A stretch of DNA of 64,000 nucleotides from Oceanispirochaeta sp. Lineage in GTDB: Bacteria; Spirochaetota; Spirochaetia; DSM-2461. The notes under the pieces are model-generated. The model had not been told where the DNA came from. It worked only from the letters and a program-made list of their open reading frames with translations, and did not search any database. Positions within the stretch are counted from its first letter, which is position 1, and each line of letters begins with the position of its first letter. Below, one piece after another: positions 39,731 through 49,253 of the stretch. A program made the translations under genes and the position numbers. The stretch lies in contig CAXXOA010000001.1 of the NCBI GenBank assembly GCA_963666275.2, positions 2,368,001 to 2,432,000 of the forward strand, given 5' to 3'.

Positions 39731-41821
39731 TTATACCTGCATTTGTTCTACAGTGATGACACCGAGAGATTCAATATTTATATCATTGGAGACTTCGGGA
39801 ACAGAAATCACAGCAAGATCCGGCATGGACCGGACTGTAGAAGATTTCACAAGTGGTCTTGCTGCTTCACTGGTCAGGAGAACAGGATAATACCCCAGTT
39901 CCTGAATTCCTCTGACACTGTTGGCTACACTGTTGATCCAGACTCTCTGAAAATCCGGATCCAGTGCCGCAATATCACCGGTTCCCGTCTCCATACGGGA
40001 ATCGATAATGCTCTGTTCCACCGAAGGCTCTATGGTAAGAACCTTCAGTTCCTTATCCTCTGTAGCATACTGTAAACATATCTGTCTTCCAAGGGCCTGC
40101 CGTACTTTTTCTGTCAGGAAACCGGCCTCTTTGGTAACGCCGCCGTAATCGCTGACAGCTTCCAGAATCATCACGAGATTCCTGATGGAGACCTGTTCTT
40201 TCAGAAGGTTCTGCAGGACTTTCTGGATCTCTCCGGTACCGAACAGCTTCCGGACTTCATCCACCACAGCAGGGTAGTCGTCCTTCAGGGCGTCCAGCAT
40301 GGCCTGTACTTCCTGACGGCCCAGAATTTCAGGAGCATGCCGCTTGATAATCTCGGTCAGGTGGGTGGCAATAATGGAGGGAGGATCCACAACCGTATAC
40401 CCTTCCCTTTCTGCAAGATCTCTCTGATCTCCGCTGATCCATACGGCGGGAAGACCAAAAGCAGGATCCGTGGCGGCTTCTCCTTCCAGAACAGCCCTGT
40501 CGCCGCCGGGATTGATGGCCATATAGTGATCAATCCTGATCAGCCCGCGGCCGACTTCCACGCCCTTGATTTTCAGGCAGTATTCCGAGGGTTCCAGTCT
40601 CATATTATCTATGATACGGATCCTGGGAACCACCAGCCCCAGATCCAGAGCGGCTTCTTTCCGGATTCGGGTGATACGTTCAAGCAGTTCCGCCCCCTGG
40701 TCTTTGTCTACCAGAGGAATCAGGCCGTACCCCAGTTCCAGAGAAAGAGGATCAAAAGGGACAACCGGAGACATTTCGGCGGGAGCTTCCGTTTCCTTTT
40801 CCGCCGTAGCCTTTTCAGCCGCCAGAGCCTCCTCGGATTTTCTCTGCCCCAGCCTGTAGGCGGTAAAACCCGAGAGGAGCCCCATGGGAATCAGCAGATA
40901 CCAGGGGAATCCGGGAAGGACCCCCAGGAGGATCAGGAAGGCACTGGCAATCCCGTAGATCCTGGCCTGAGAGGTAAACTGGGTGGAAACATCATCCCCG
41001 AAGGTGCCTTCCGAAATGGACCTTGTCACCACAAGACCTGTGGCCACCGAGATCAGAAGGGCCGGAAGCTGTGAAACCAGACCGTCTCCGATGGTCAGGG
41101 AAGTATAGGTCGAGAGGGCTGAGAAAAAGGGTTCTCCATGTATGGAGATGCCGACGACAAGGCCGCCGATGATATTGATCAGAGTAATGACTATACCGAC
41201 TTTCACGTTTCCCGATACGAATTTGGACGCACCGTCCATAGCTCCGTAGAAGTCGACTGATTTCTGGAGATGATCTTTTCTCTTGCGGGACTCCTCTTCT
41301 GTAATCGCGCCGGAGTTGAGCTCCGCTTCTATGGCCATCTGTTTACCGGGCATGGCATCCAGGGCGAAACGGGCCGCCACTTCGGAAACTCTGGAAGCAC
41401 CTTTGGTAATAACCATGAACTGAACCGCTACGATGATGACGAAGATAATAATTCCCACCACGATTCCTTCCCGGCCGGTGGATCCCACCACAAAGGTGGC
41501 AAAGGCCCGGACGATTTTTCCGTCGAAAAGCTCCCCTTTGGTCAGGATCAGCCTGGTTGAAGAAACGTTCAGAGCCAGAGAGAACACCGTGGAGATCAGC
41601 AGCATTGTGGGAAAAACAGAGAAATCCAGAGGATCCTTGTTATACATGACAATCAGGATAATCATGAGGCTGAGCATCAGATTCAACACCATCAACCCGT
41701 CCAGAAGAAAGGTGGGGAGAGGTATTATCAGCATGATGACTACCGAGAGGACACCCACAGCCACCAGCATGTCGCTGTTTTTCCCACTCAGCAGATTTTT
41801 AACTTGATCCTGCAAAGCCAT
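39731..41821 (-). CDS. flhA: Flagellar export protein FlhA
   Basis: RVSEVAARFALDAMPGKQMAI and FYGAMDGASKFV motifs. Confidence 0.97.
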   Translation of the reverse strand: MALQDQVKNLLSGKNSDMLVAVGVLSVVIMLIIPLPTFLLDGLMVLNLMLSLMIILIVMYNKDPLDFSVFPTMLLISTVFSLALNVSSTRLILTKGELFDGKIVRAFATFVVGSTGREGIVVGIIIFVIIVAVQFMVITKGASRVSEVAARFALDAMPGKQMAIEAELNSGAITEEESRKRKDHLQKSVDFYGAMDGASKFVSGNVKVGIVITLINIIGGLVVGISIHGEPFFSALSTYTSLTIGDGLVSQLPALLISVATGLVVTRSISEGTFGDDVSTQFTSQARIYGIASAFLILLGVLPGFPWYLLIPMGLLSGFTAYRLGQRKSEEALAAEKATAEKETEAPAEMSPVVPFDPLSLELGYGLIPLVDKDQGAELLERITRIRKEAALDLGLVVPRIRIIDNMRLEPSEYCLKIKGVEVGRGLIRIDHYMAINPGGDRAVLEGEAATDPAFGLPAVWISGDQRDLAEREGYTVVDPPSIIATHLTEIIKRHAPEILGRQEVQAMLDALKDDYPAVVDEVRKLFGTGEIQKVLQNLLKEQVSIRNLVMILEAVSDYGGVTKEAGFLTEKVRQALGRQICLQYATEDKELKVLTIEPSVEQSIIDSRMETGTGDIAALDPDFQRVWINSVANSVRGIQELGYYPVLLTSEAARPLVKSSTVRSMPDLAVISVPEVSNDINIESLGVITVEQMQV

Positions 41822-41837
41822 TATTCACTTCCTTCCA

Positions 41838-43004
41838 TCAGGCGGGAGATTTCCCGCTCATTTCGTAGATCTTAACAAGGATACCGGAAACGACAGCATA
41901 GTACTCTTCAGGAATTTCGTCACCGATTTCCACATTGGCATGAAGAGCTCTTGCCAGAGGCTTGTTTTCCAGTATGGGAACATCGTTTTCCCGGGCCACC
42001 TTTTTTATTCTCTGAGCCACTTCATCCATCCCTTTCGCCGTCACCCGGGGGGCGGTCATGGTTTCCTGCCTGTACTCCAGGGCGACCGCGTAATGGGTCG
42101 GGTTTGTCACGACCACATCAGCAGAAGGGACATTCTGCATCATCTGGTTTGTCAGGAGCTCCCGCATTTTCTGACGCAGTCTGTTTTTGATAAGGGGATC
42201 TCCCTCTGACTGTTTCATCTCCTCCTTGATCTCGTGACGGGTCATTTTCAGAGACTCTCTGTGCTGATACCTCTGAAAGAGGTAATCCGGCAGAGAGAGG
42301 ATCAGCAGTATAACCGCCGCTTCGATCATCAGGGTGAATGCCAGCTTACCGATCATGGATGCCGCATCTTCAACAGATGAGAACACCAGATTGGTGATTT
42401 CAGGCACTTTCCTCCGTATATTCCAGTAGGCCAGGAATGCGATGATGGCAATTTTCAACAGGGATTTCAGGGTATTGAACATCCCTTCCATCGAAAAAAC
42501 GGCCCGCTGCAGCCATTTAACAATATTGGGGGAGATCTTTTCAAAATTAGGCTGTATTGCCTTTGCTGAAAAGAGGAACCCCACCTGAAATAGATTGGCC
42601 AGAAGAGCTGAAAAGAATGCCACGCCCATAATCGGTAGAGTCAGTCTTGTAAAGTAGGAGACAAAGGCACGGGAAATCGTCCCGGCGGTGGTGACATCGG
42701 TTTCCATACTCTGCTGGATAAAATACCGGATCATATCTGCCATGGTCCTTACCATATAGGGGCTGAGAATGGCTATGAGAATAAGGGGAAACAGAAGAAC
42801 CAGGGAGGCTGTCAGATCTGATGATTTGGCAACCTTTCCCTCTTCTCTGGCTTTACGTATCTTCTGTTCCGTCGGATCTTCCGTACGGCCTTCATCTTCT
42901 GCGGCAAACCACTGAATATGAAGAGAGAAATCCCGTTCTGCATTTAAGGGGGGAATCTGAGGAAACAGAAACTCATCAACGGGCTGTCTATAGGTAGAGA
43001 TCAT
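41838..43004 (-). CDS. flhB: Flagellar export protein FlhB
   Basis: TEDPT..K..KAREEG motif; NPTH autocleavage site. Confidence 0.96.
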   Translation of the reverse strand: MISTYRQPVDEFLFPQIPPLNAERDFSLHIQWFAAEDEGRTEDPTEQKIRKAREEGKVAKSSDLTASLVLLFPLILIAILSPYMVRTMADMIRYFIQQSMETDVTTAGTISRAFVSYFTRLTLPIMGVAFFSALLANLFQVGFLFSAKAIQPNFEKISPNIVKWLQRAVFSMEGMFNTLKSLLKIAIIAFLAYWNIRRKVPEITNLVFSSVEDAASMIGKLAFTLMIEAAVILLILSLPDYLFQRYQHRESLKMTRHEIKEEMKQSEGDPLIKNRLRQKMRELLTNQMMQNVPSADVVVTNPTHYAVALEYRQETMTAPRVTAKGMDEVAQRIKKVARENDVPILENKPLARALHANVEIGDEIPEEYYAVVSGILVKIYEMSGKSPA

Positions 43005-43801
43005 ACACCGCCCCCCTGCAGACTGTAGAGACGGAGAAGCTCCTCCACCTGGGAAAATCCGTTTTCTATAACAATAACCATCTTTTCAATGATAAATGGC
43101 GCTGACATCATGATCAGAAGGAATCCTACAGAGATCTGTATGGGAAATCCCACCATCATAAGATTCATCTGGGGTGCCGCTTTGGCCAGCAGACCCATGG
43201 TGACAGAGATCATAAGAAGAGTTCCCATCATGGGAACCGCAATAAGGATGGCCTGTTCGAATAGCTGGGCCAGAGAGGAGATCAGACTCTCTGAAAGGAA
43301 TCGGGGATTGGTTAACAGGTAGTCCCCTTTCATTGCCAGAAAGGATCTGTAGACTCCGGTGAGAAAGAGCTTCTGAATACTGCCGGAAGCAATAAACACA
43401 AAAATACCGATCAGGTTGAACAGCTGTCCTACAAGGGGAATTTCCACCTGTGCCAGGGGATCGAAAGCGGCGGAGGCTCCGAAACCCATCTGAACCGAGA
43501 ACATCTGTCCGGCCAGCTGAAAAATGGCAAAAATGATCTGAAGAAAGAGCCCCAGAAGCACACCGGTGAGAGCCTCCGCTATGAGCAGGAAGACAAAGGT
43601 CAGCCCGTCATCGGGGATCACATAACCCAGTGTGGAGACCATGGGGAACACCGCAACAGCGGTAAAGAGAGCCAGCCCACCCCGGGCCATAGCGGGAATC
43701 CCCGTGGAGTAGAGGATCGGCGCCACCATAAAGAAAGCGATAATCCTGGCGAATATGAGAAAATAGAGCTGTATGTTACTGATCATTTCATTAAACATCA
43801 T
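43001..43801 (-). CDS. fliR: Flagellar export protein FliR
   Basis: QMGFG....FDP and APQMN motifs. Confidence 0.93.
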   Translation of the reverse strand: MMFNEMISNIQLYFLIFARIIAFFMVAPILYSTGIPAMARGGLALFTAVAVFPMVSTLGYVIPDDGLTFVFLLIAEALTGVLLGLFLQIIFAIFQLAGQMFSVQMGFGASAAFDPLAQVEIPLVGQLFNLIGIFVFIASGSIQKLFLTGVYRSFLAMKGDYLLTNPRFLSESLISSLAQLFEQAILIAVPMMGTLLMISVTMGLLAKAAPQMNLMMVGFPIQISVGFLLIMMSAPFIIEKMVIVIENGFSQVEELLRLYSLQGGGV

Positions 43802-43820
43802 ATTCGCCGCCTGCTGCCTT

Positions 43821-44090
43821 CTATGACGCCATGGAAGGGATCAGCTCAAACAGTGTGACCGTATAGTTCATGAGAAGGTTCACCATCCAGGCACCGATAA
43901 GCCCCAGTGTGATGAAAATGGCCAGAATTTTCGGGACAAACGTCAGAGACTGATCCTGAATCGACGTGGTAGCCTGAAAAATGGAAATGATCAGACCTAT
44001 GGTCATAGCCACCAGAAGGACCGGGGATGCCAGAACCAGAGTCTGCAGAACAGAATTCCTCATAAGTGTGATAACAAAACCTATAGACAC
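43821..44090 (-). CDS. fliQ: Flagellar export protein FliQ
   Basis: FQATTSIQDQSLTFVPK motif. Confidence 0.95.
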   Translation of the reverse strand: MSIGFVITLMRNSVLQTLVLASPVLLVAMTIGLIISIFQATTSIQDQSLTFVPKILAIFITLGLIGAWMVNLLMNYTVTLFELIPSMAS

Positions 44091-44105
44091 GGGACCTCCT
44101 TAAAG

Positions 44106-44906
44106 TTAGAGAAAACTCAAAACAAGCTGCCTGGTAAGCAGACTCCAGCCGTCAACAAGCACAAAAAGCACAAGTTTGAAGGGCATGGAAATCATAACAG
44201 GGGGCAGCATGATCATACCCATGGACATCAGAACCGATGCCACGACCATATCGATTATAATAAAGGGAATATACAGTAGAATTCCGATTTTAAAGGCAAT
44301 GGTCAACTCATTCAGGACATAGGCGGGAATCACAATATACGTGGGAACATCCGCGAAGGTCTCCGGCCGGGGCAGGCCCCGCATGGTCATAAAAAGTTCA
44401 ATATTCTCGGGGCTGTTCTGCAGCTGCTGATACATGAAATACCGGATAGGCCCCTCAGCCCGTGTATACATCTCTTCCAGACCGATTTCTCCATCCGCAA
44501 AGGGACGGAATGATTCGGTATAAATCTGATCGAATACGGGCCACATGATAAAAAGGGTGAGAAACAGAGCAATCCCCATCAAAAGACTGGCAGGAGGAAC
44601 CTGCTGGAGAGAGAGGGCCCTCTTGATAAAGTCCAGGACAATGGAGATCCTCAGAAAAGATGTCATCAGGATCAGGAAAGAGGGCGCCAGAGACAGCAGA
44701 GTCAGCAGAAGGAGGAGCTGTATGGAAAGAGCGACTTCCTGATTGCTCTGGGGCTGCCTTACCATGAGATCCACAAAAGGGATATCCAGGATCCCGTCGG
44801 TTTCTCCGATCTCCTGCTCTCCCGCAGCTCCGGGATTCAACTGCTGCGCCGTCAGCGGCGCCAGAGAGGCTGCTGCCAGTATAAACAGAAGGAGGAACCT
44901 TTTCAT
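44106..44906 (-). CDS. fliP: Flagellar export protein FliP
   Basis: LMTSF.RI and MSMGMIMLPP..ISMPFKL.LFVLVDGW motifs. Confidence 0.96.
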   Translation of the reverse strand: MKRFLLLFILAAASLAPLTAQQLNPGAAGEQEIGETDGILDIPFVDLMVRQPQSNQEVALSIQLLLLLTLLSLAPSFLILMTSFLRISIVLDFIKRALSLQQVPPASLLMGIALFLTLFIMWPVFDQIYTESFRPFADGEIGLEEMYTRAEGPIRYFMYQQLQNSPENIELFMTMRGLPRPETFADVPTYIVIPAYVLNELTIAFKIGILLYIPFIIIDMVVASVLMSMGMIMLPPVMISMPFKLVLFVLVDGWSLLTRQLVLSFL

Positions 44907-45541
44907 TCCTCACCTCTCAGGTTCTTGAGCCGGTTTCTCTGGGATCGCAGAAAGTCCGGAGAGCTGTCTTTTATGGTAGTGGAACCGGCGGCGGTGAAAC
45001 TTTTTCTGATCATATTTCTGAAAGAACCCGCAGGGGTCTCGGCCGAAGCGGAGGTATCCAGATGTATCCTGTCTATGGTTTCCTGATCGGTAATCTCCGA
45101 GATGAGGTTCACGTTACCCGCACCGGATCCGATGAGAAAGACCTGGTTGCCCACCTCGATGATATGAAGGGAACTGTCCTTTTTCAGATGTCTTGTAGCC
45201 AGAAGTGAGATCTGCTCCTCACGGCTTTCCGCCATAGGGGAAAACCGTCTGAGAAAATACACTAGCAGGTAGATGACTCCGATGACTCCCGCCAGCACAA
45301 CCAGAACTCTCAGGAGATCGGCCGCTCCTACAGACGAGGGCGCCACGGGTTCCTGAACAGCCGGCTGCTCCCGGGCAGGATCCTGAGAGGTTTCCGCCTC
45401 TCCCGGAAAGAGAAGGAGTGTAGACTCATCGACAGCCGTATAGGCATCTGTATCCGGTGACTCTGACTCAGCCGAATTTTCCTGTGAAAAGGTGAATACA
45501 CTCAGGCATATAAAAAAGAGAAGAAATAATTGTGTTTTCAG
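44903..45541 (-). CDS. fliO: Flagellar protein FliO (FliZ), probable CTG start
   Basis: Located between fliY and fliP; TM followed by LHIIEVGNQVFLIG. Frame is open to CTG 45541, preceded by GGGAGG and followed by a signal peptide. Confidence 0.82.
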   Translation of the reverse strand: MKTQLFLLFFICLSVFTFSQENSAESESPDTDAYTAVDESTLLLFPGEAETSQDPAREQPAVQEPVAPSSVGAADLLRVLVVLAGVIGVIYLLVYFLRRFSPMAESREEQISLLATRHLKKDSSLHIIEVGNQVFLIGSGAGNVNLISEITDQETIDRIHLDTSASAETPAGSFRNMIRKSFTAAGSTTIKDSSPDFLRSQRNRLKNLRGEE

Positions 45542-45585
45542 TGTCCCCCTCCCAAAAGTTCCACTAGTTTAACAGTCGGTTTGCG

Positions 45586-46821
45586 TTAATGTTCTCCCAC
45601 CCGGTCAAGATTGGAAACAATGTCGGTTACACGCACACCAAAGTTTTCATCTATGACGACAACCTCTCCTTTTGCGATAAGGTTGTTGTTTACAAGAATA
45701 TCCACCGGTTCTCCGGCGAGTTTATCCAGCTCGATAATCGTTCCTTCCCCGATACCGAGGATATCTTTGATCTGCCACTTTGTACGGCCCAGTTCTACCG
45801 TAAGCTCCATGGAAACATCCATAAGAAGACCGATATTTCTCTGTTCGGACGGAGAAATATTGGCACCGAACTCGGGGAACTGGACACCCTGGACATTGGG
45901 AGCCTGCTGAGGGGACATATAGGGATTCATCTGCTGCATACCCATACCGCCCATCTGCTGCTGGGGCATTCCCATGCCCATACCGCCCATCTGCTGCTGG
46001 TTGGGCATTCCCATACCCATGCCGCCCATCTGCTGCTGGTTGGGCATTCCCATGCCCATGCCGCCCATCTGCTGCTGGTTGGGCATTCCCATGCCCATGC
46101 CGCCCATCTGCTGCTGATTGGGCATTCCCATCCCCATATCGGGCATTCCCATAGGGTCGGCAGAACCGGAAGGACTCAGTTTTGAGGCCAGATCCGCAGC
46201 GACCGGCAGTTCCATAATTTCCATCATATCAAGATCACCCTGCCCTTCAATAGACACGGGATACTTCAGCAGGACCAGGGAGTCTCCTCCCAGAGAAAGC
46301 AGACCTTTTGCCACTTTCTGGCTCTCCGGAGAGATAGTCATGATATTATCGCCCACGGTATCGCCGATGGTGGTGACTTCCGATCCTGTCAGCTGGGAAA
46401 CAGCTTCTCCCACGGCACTGATCGCCGTACCGTCCAGTTCGACATCGCCCTGCCCGATCATGGGACTGGCAATTTTTACAGCATTATCCGGGGAAAAGAC
46501 ATAAACATGCCCCCCGTTGAGGCCCTGATTGAAATCCATCTTGACTTCAACGATTTCATCACTCAGTTCTCTGAGAAGTTCATCTCTGGAGAGAGAGGAT
46601 ATAGCGGGAGTTCCGATAGTAACACCAGTGGCCATTATGCCTGACATGGTGGAACTCAGAGTTCCCGCCACTTTGGCAAAAAGGCCGTTCAGAGCCTGGA
46701 TCTGATCACTGGAAAGACCGCTTCCGCCCCCCATGGAATCACCGCTATCGGATCCGCCGAGAGAGTCGTTGCCCATCAGCAAAGCATCTATTTCATCCTG
46801 AGACAGGGAACCATCACTCAT
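45586..46821 (-). CDS. fliY: Flagellar switch protein FliY/FliN (CheC-like plus FliN domain)
   Basis: LSQDEIDALL N-terminus; C-terminal LMDV.MELTVELG...GEVVVIDENFGVR. Confidence 0.9.
   Translation of the reverse strand: MSDGSLSQDEIDALLMGNDSLGGSDSGDSMGGGSGLSSDQIQALNGLFAKVAGTLSSTMSGIMATGVTIGTPAISSLSRDELLRELSDEIVEVKMDFNQGLNGGHVYVFSPDNAVKIASPMIGQGDVELDGTAISAVGEAVSQLTGSEVTTIGDTVGDNIMTISPESQKVAKGLLSLGGDSLVLLKYPVSIEGQGDLDMMEIMELPVAADLASKLSPSGSADPMGMPDMGMGMPNQQQMGGMGMGMPNQQQMGGMGMGMPNQQQMGGMGMGMPNQQQMGGMGMGMPQQQMGGMGMQQMNPYMSPQQAPNVQGVQFPEFGANISPSEQRNIGLLMDVSMELTVELGRTKWQIKDILGIGEGTIIELDKLAGEPVDILVNNNLIAKGEVVVIDENFGVRVTDIVSNLDRVGEH
45928..46152 (-). repeat. 39-bp in-frame tandem repeat in fliY
   Basis: Encodes (MGMGMPNQQQMGG)x4 plus degenerate flanking copies. 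Confidence 0.93.
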
Positions 46822-47846
46822 TCTTCATCTCCTTCAACGGCCAGTTCTTCAAAGTCCGTCTGATCAATATCTTCAATTTTACGGGTAACCTGCACAGCGA
46901 TTTTCTTGCCTACCGCTCCGGGGCGGCAGTCGAATTTCGCCCGGTTTCCGATTTTCAGGACCATCGGGTCGTTAATACTTGTATTGGAGAGTCTAATAAC
47001 ATCTCCTGTTTTAATCGAAAGAACATCCTTCATGGACATCTGGATCCCCCCCACTTCGGCCATCATGGACACGAATATGGAAGACAGACGATCCCGCAGA
47101 ATATTCAGGTTTTCAGTGGTTGTCCCCCTTCTGATGGAGGAGTAGTAGTACTGAGCCGACAGTTTTGAAATGATAGGCTCTATGGTCAGGTAGGGAATAC
47201 AGAAGTTCATCATTCCTTCCACATCCTCAACCTTGGTTTCGAGTGTAACCAGAACGACCATCTCAGTGGGAGGAACGATCTGGGCAAACTGGGGATTGGT
47301 CTCGATCTGCCCCAGCCGGGGCCGCAGATCTATTACCTGACTCCAGGCTTCTCTCATATTTCCCAGGATACGGACAATAATGGATTCCATTACAGTCCTT
47401 TCTATCTCAGAAAGCTCCCGATTGATTTTGGACCCCTCGCCTGTTCCGCCGAAAAGCCTGTCGATAATGGCAAAAGTTACAGCCGGATCTATTTCCAGAA
47501 CCGCCGATCCCTTGAGAGGATCCATGTTGATAACAGCAAGAGCCGTAGGAGACGGGATTGAACGGATAAACTCCTCGTAGGTGAGCTGATCTACCGATGC
47601 TACGTGAACATTCACCAGACTCCGCAACTGTGCGGAAAGGGAGGTGGTCGTTAAACGCGCAAAGGTTTCGTGCATAAACGAAACCGTACGGATCTGTTCT
47701 TTGGAAAATTTGTCAGGACGACGGAAATCCCAGATACGGATATTTTTCCGTTCCGCAACCTGTTGCGCTTCTTCCGGTTCAGCATCTCCTGCGGATATAG
47801 CTGTGAGGAGCTGGTCTATTTCATCCTGCGAAAGGACTTCCGTCAT
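46818..47846 (-). CDS. fliM: Flagellar switch protein FliM
   Basis: LSQDEIDQLL and DFRRPDKFSKEQ motifs. Confidence 0.96.
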   Translation of the reverse strand: MTEVLSQDEIDQLLTAISAGDAEPEEAQQVAERKNIRIWDFRRPDKFSKEQIRTVSFMHETFARLTTTSLSAQLRSLVNVHVASVDQLTYEEFIRSIPSPTALAVINMDPLKGSAVLEIDPAVTFAIIDRLFGGTGEGSKINRELSEIERTVMESIIVRILGNMREAWSQVIDLRPRLGQIETNPQFAQIVPPTEMVVLVTLETKVEDVEGMMNFCIPYLTIEPIISKLSAQYYYSSIRRGTTTENLNILRDRLSSIFVSMMAEVGGIQMSMKDVLSIKTGDVIRLSNTSINDPMVLKIGNRAKFDCRPGAVGKKIAVQVTRKIEDIDQTDFEELAVEGDEE

Positions 47847-47867
47847 CTTCTAACCCCGTCAAAAAGT

Positions 47868-48431
47868 TTAAAATTCATAAACCTGCAGCTCAGGAAAAAT
47901 AATATCATACACCTTTCCCTGACTTAAAACCCTGTTAATCAGATCTTTCAGTTCGGTTTTTACAATATGTTCCCGTTCCGGAGCCAGTTCCGCCGCTGTT
48001 TTCTGGCTGAAATAATTCCGGATGATATCAGTCAGCTGAGCTGTTCTGGCCACCAGTTCCGTCTGGACCTGTGGTTCTCCCTCTTTATACCCGATCTCCA
48101 CTTTCACAATAATGGAGTGGGGAGACTGATCACGGGTGACACCCCGGATCTGGGGAATCATCGTAAAATAGATATAGGGCTCGGGGATAGTTTCATACTC
48201 TTTGGAAACTTCTGCGAAGCTCCTGTTTATACTACCCTTGTCCAGGACACGGAATGTTATGACACTGATGGTAATCGTCAGCAGTACGGCTATGATTCCA
48301 GAAGCGACATAAACCAGTACCCTCGCAATCTTGTCTGACAGGAATTTCTTCTTCTTCCTGTCGCCCAGATCTTCAGGAGTGGCTCCTTCCAGTGCATTCC
48401 CTAATTCAATATCATTGTCTTCATCAGCCAT
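47868..48431 (-). CDS. fliL: Flagellar basal-body protein FliL
   Basis: Single TM plus periplasmic domain; located between motB and fliM. Confidence 0.85.
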   Translation of the reverse strand: MADEDNDIELGNALEGATPEDLGDRKKKKFLSDKIARVLVYVASGIIAVLLTITISVITFRVLDKGSINRSFAEVSKEYETIPEPYIYFTMIPQIRGVTRDQSPHSIIVKVEIGYKEGEPQVQTELVARTAQLTDIIRNYFSQKTAAELAPEREHIVKTELKDLINRVLSQGKVYDIIFPELQVYEF

Positions 48432-48461
48432 AATTTCACCTGCGTCCTGTTTAACGGATAA

Positions 48462-48490
48462 ATTTTATCAGAAAACCGTCAAATATGCAA
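48462..48490 (-). promoter_or_regulatory. Internal sigma70 promoter upstream of fliL
   Basis: TTGCAT-17-TAAAAT with extended -10 TG. Confidence 0.6.
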
Positions 48491-48514
48491 ACACTTCCCA
48501 TTATATGAAAATCC

Positions 48515-49249
48515 TTATTCATGGCCTTCCGCCAGAACAATAATATCCACCCGTCTGTTATAGGCACGCCCCTCGGGAGTATCGTTATCCACCAGGGGTG
48601 TTGTATCAGCCATACCGGCTATCTGAAACTGTTCCTCGTTTACACCCAGATCGACCAGGTAGTGCAGAACATTGGCTGATCTGGCCGTGGAAAGTTCCCA
48701 GTTGGACGGCCAGGGACCATCCGGATCGGTAGGACTGGCATCGGTATGCCCTTCAATCCTGAACTTTCGGTCAGAAAGCTCCGATGAAGAGAGAAGCCCC
48801 GAAATCTTCTGCAGAATCTGCCGGGTATTCTCAATATCAACATCTGCACTGGCCGGTCTGAAAAAGGCGTCCGAGGCCAGTGTGATCACAAGACCCCTTT
48901 CGTCTTCGGTCACCCTGACCTGCTTGCTTTTTATCTCCGGCTTGAACATGGACACCGCCGTCTGCCTGGCTTTATCCAGCCCCCTGGCCCTCTTGGTCGA
49001 AGGCATGGCCATGATATTGTTGCCCAATTCCGCCAGCTCTCCCACGTCCAGGGTATTACCTCCCTGCAGCGGGCCTAAACCATTAAAGGAAACCATGATG
49101 AGCTCCATTCTGGCGCCTTCAATGGTTTCCGGATTCATAAGTATAACAAAGAAACAGAGCAGCAGGGTAACCATGTCCCCGTAGGTGGTCATCCATTCGG
49201 CAGCTCCCTCTTCGCACTTCGGGCATTTTCCCTGTTCTTCATCTGCCAT
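48515..49249 (-). CDS. motB: Flagellar stator MotB
   Basis: WMTTYGDMVTLLLCFF; OmpA-like EGHTD, NWELS.AR and NRRV motifs. Confidence 0.95.
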   Translation of the reverse strand: MADEEQGKCPKCEEGAAEWMTTYGDMVTLLLCFFVILMNPETIEGARMELIMVSFNGLGPLQGGNTLDVGELAELGNNIMAMPSTKRARGLDKARQTAVSMFKPEIKSKQVRVTEDERGLVITLASDAFFRPASADVDIENTRQILQKISGLLSSSELSDRKFRIEGHTDASPTDPDGPWPSNWELSTARSANVLHYLVDLGVNEEQFQIAGMADTTPLVDNDTPEGRAYNRRVDIIVLAEGHE

Positions 49250-49253
49250 CGAA

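Noticed and set aside
37735..41074. Plus-strand ORFs of 229-304 aa
   Set aside because: Antisense shadows of flhG, flhF and flhA.
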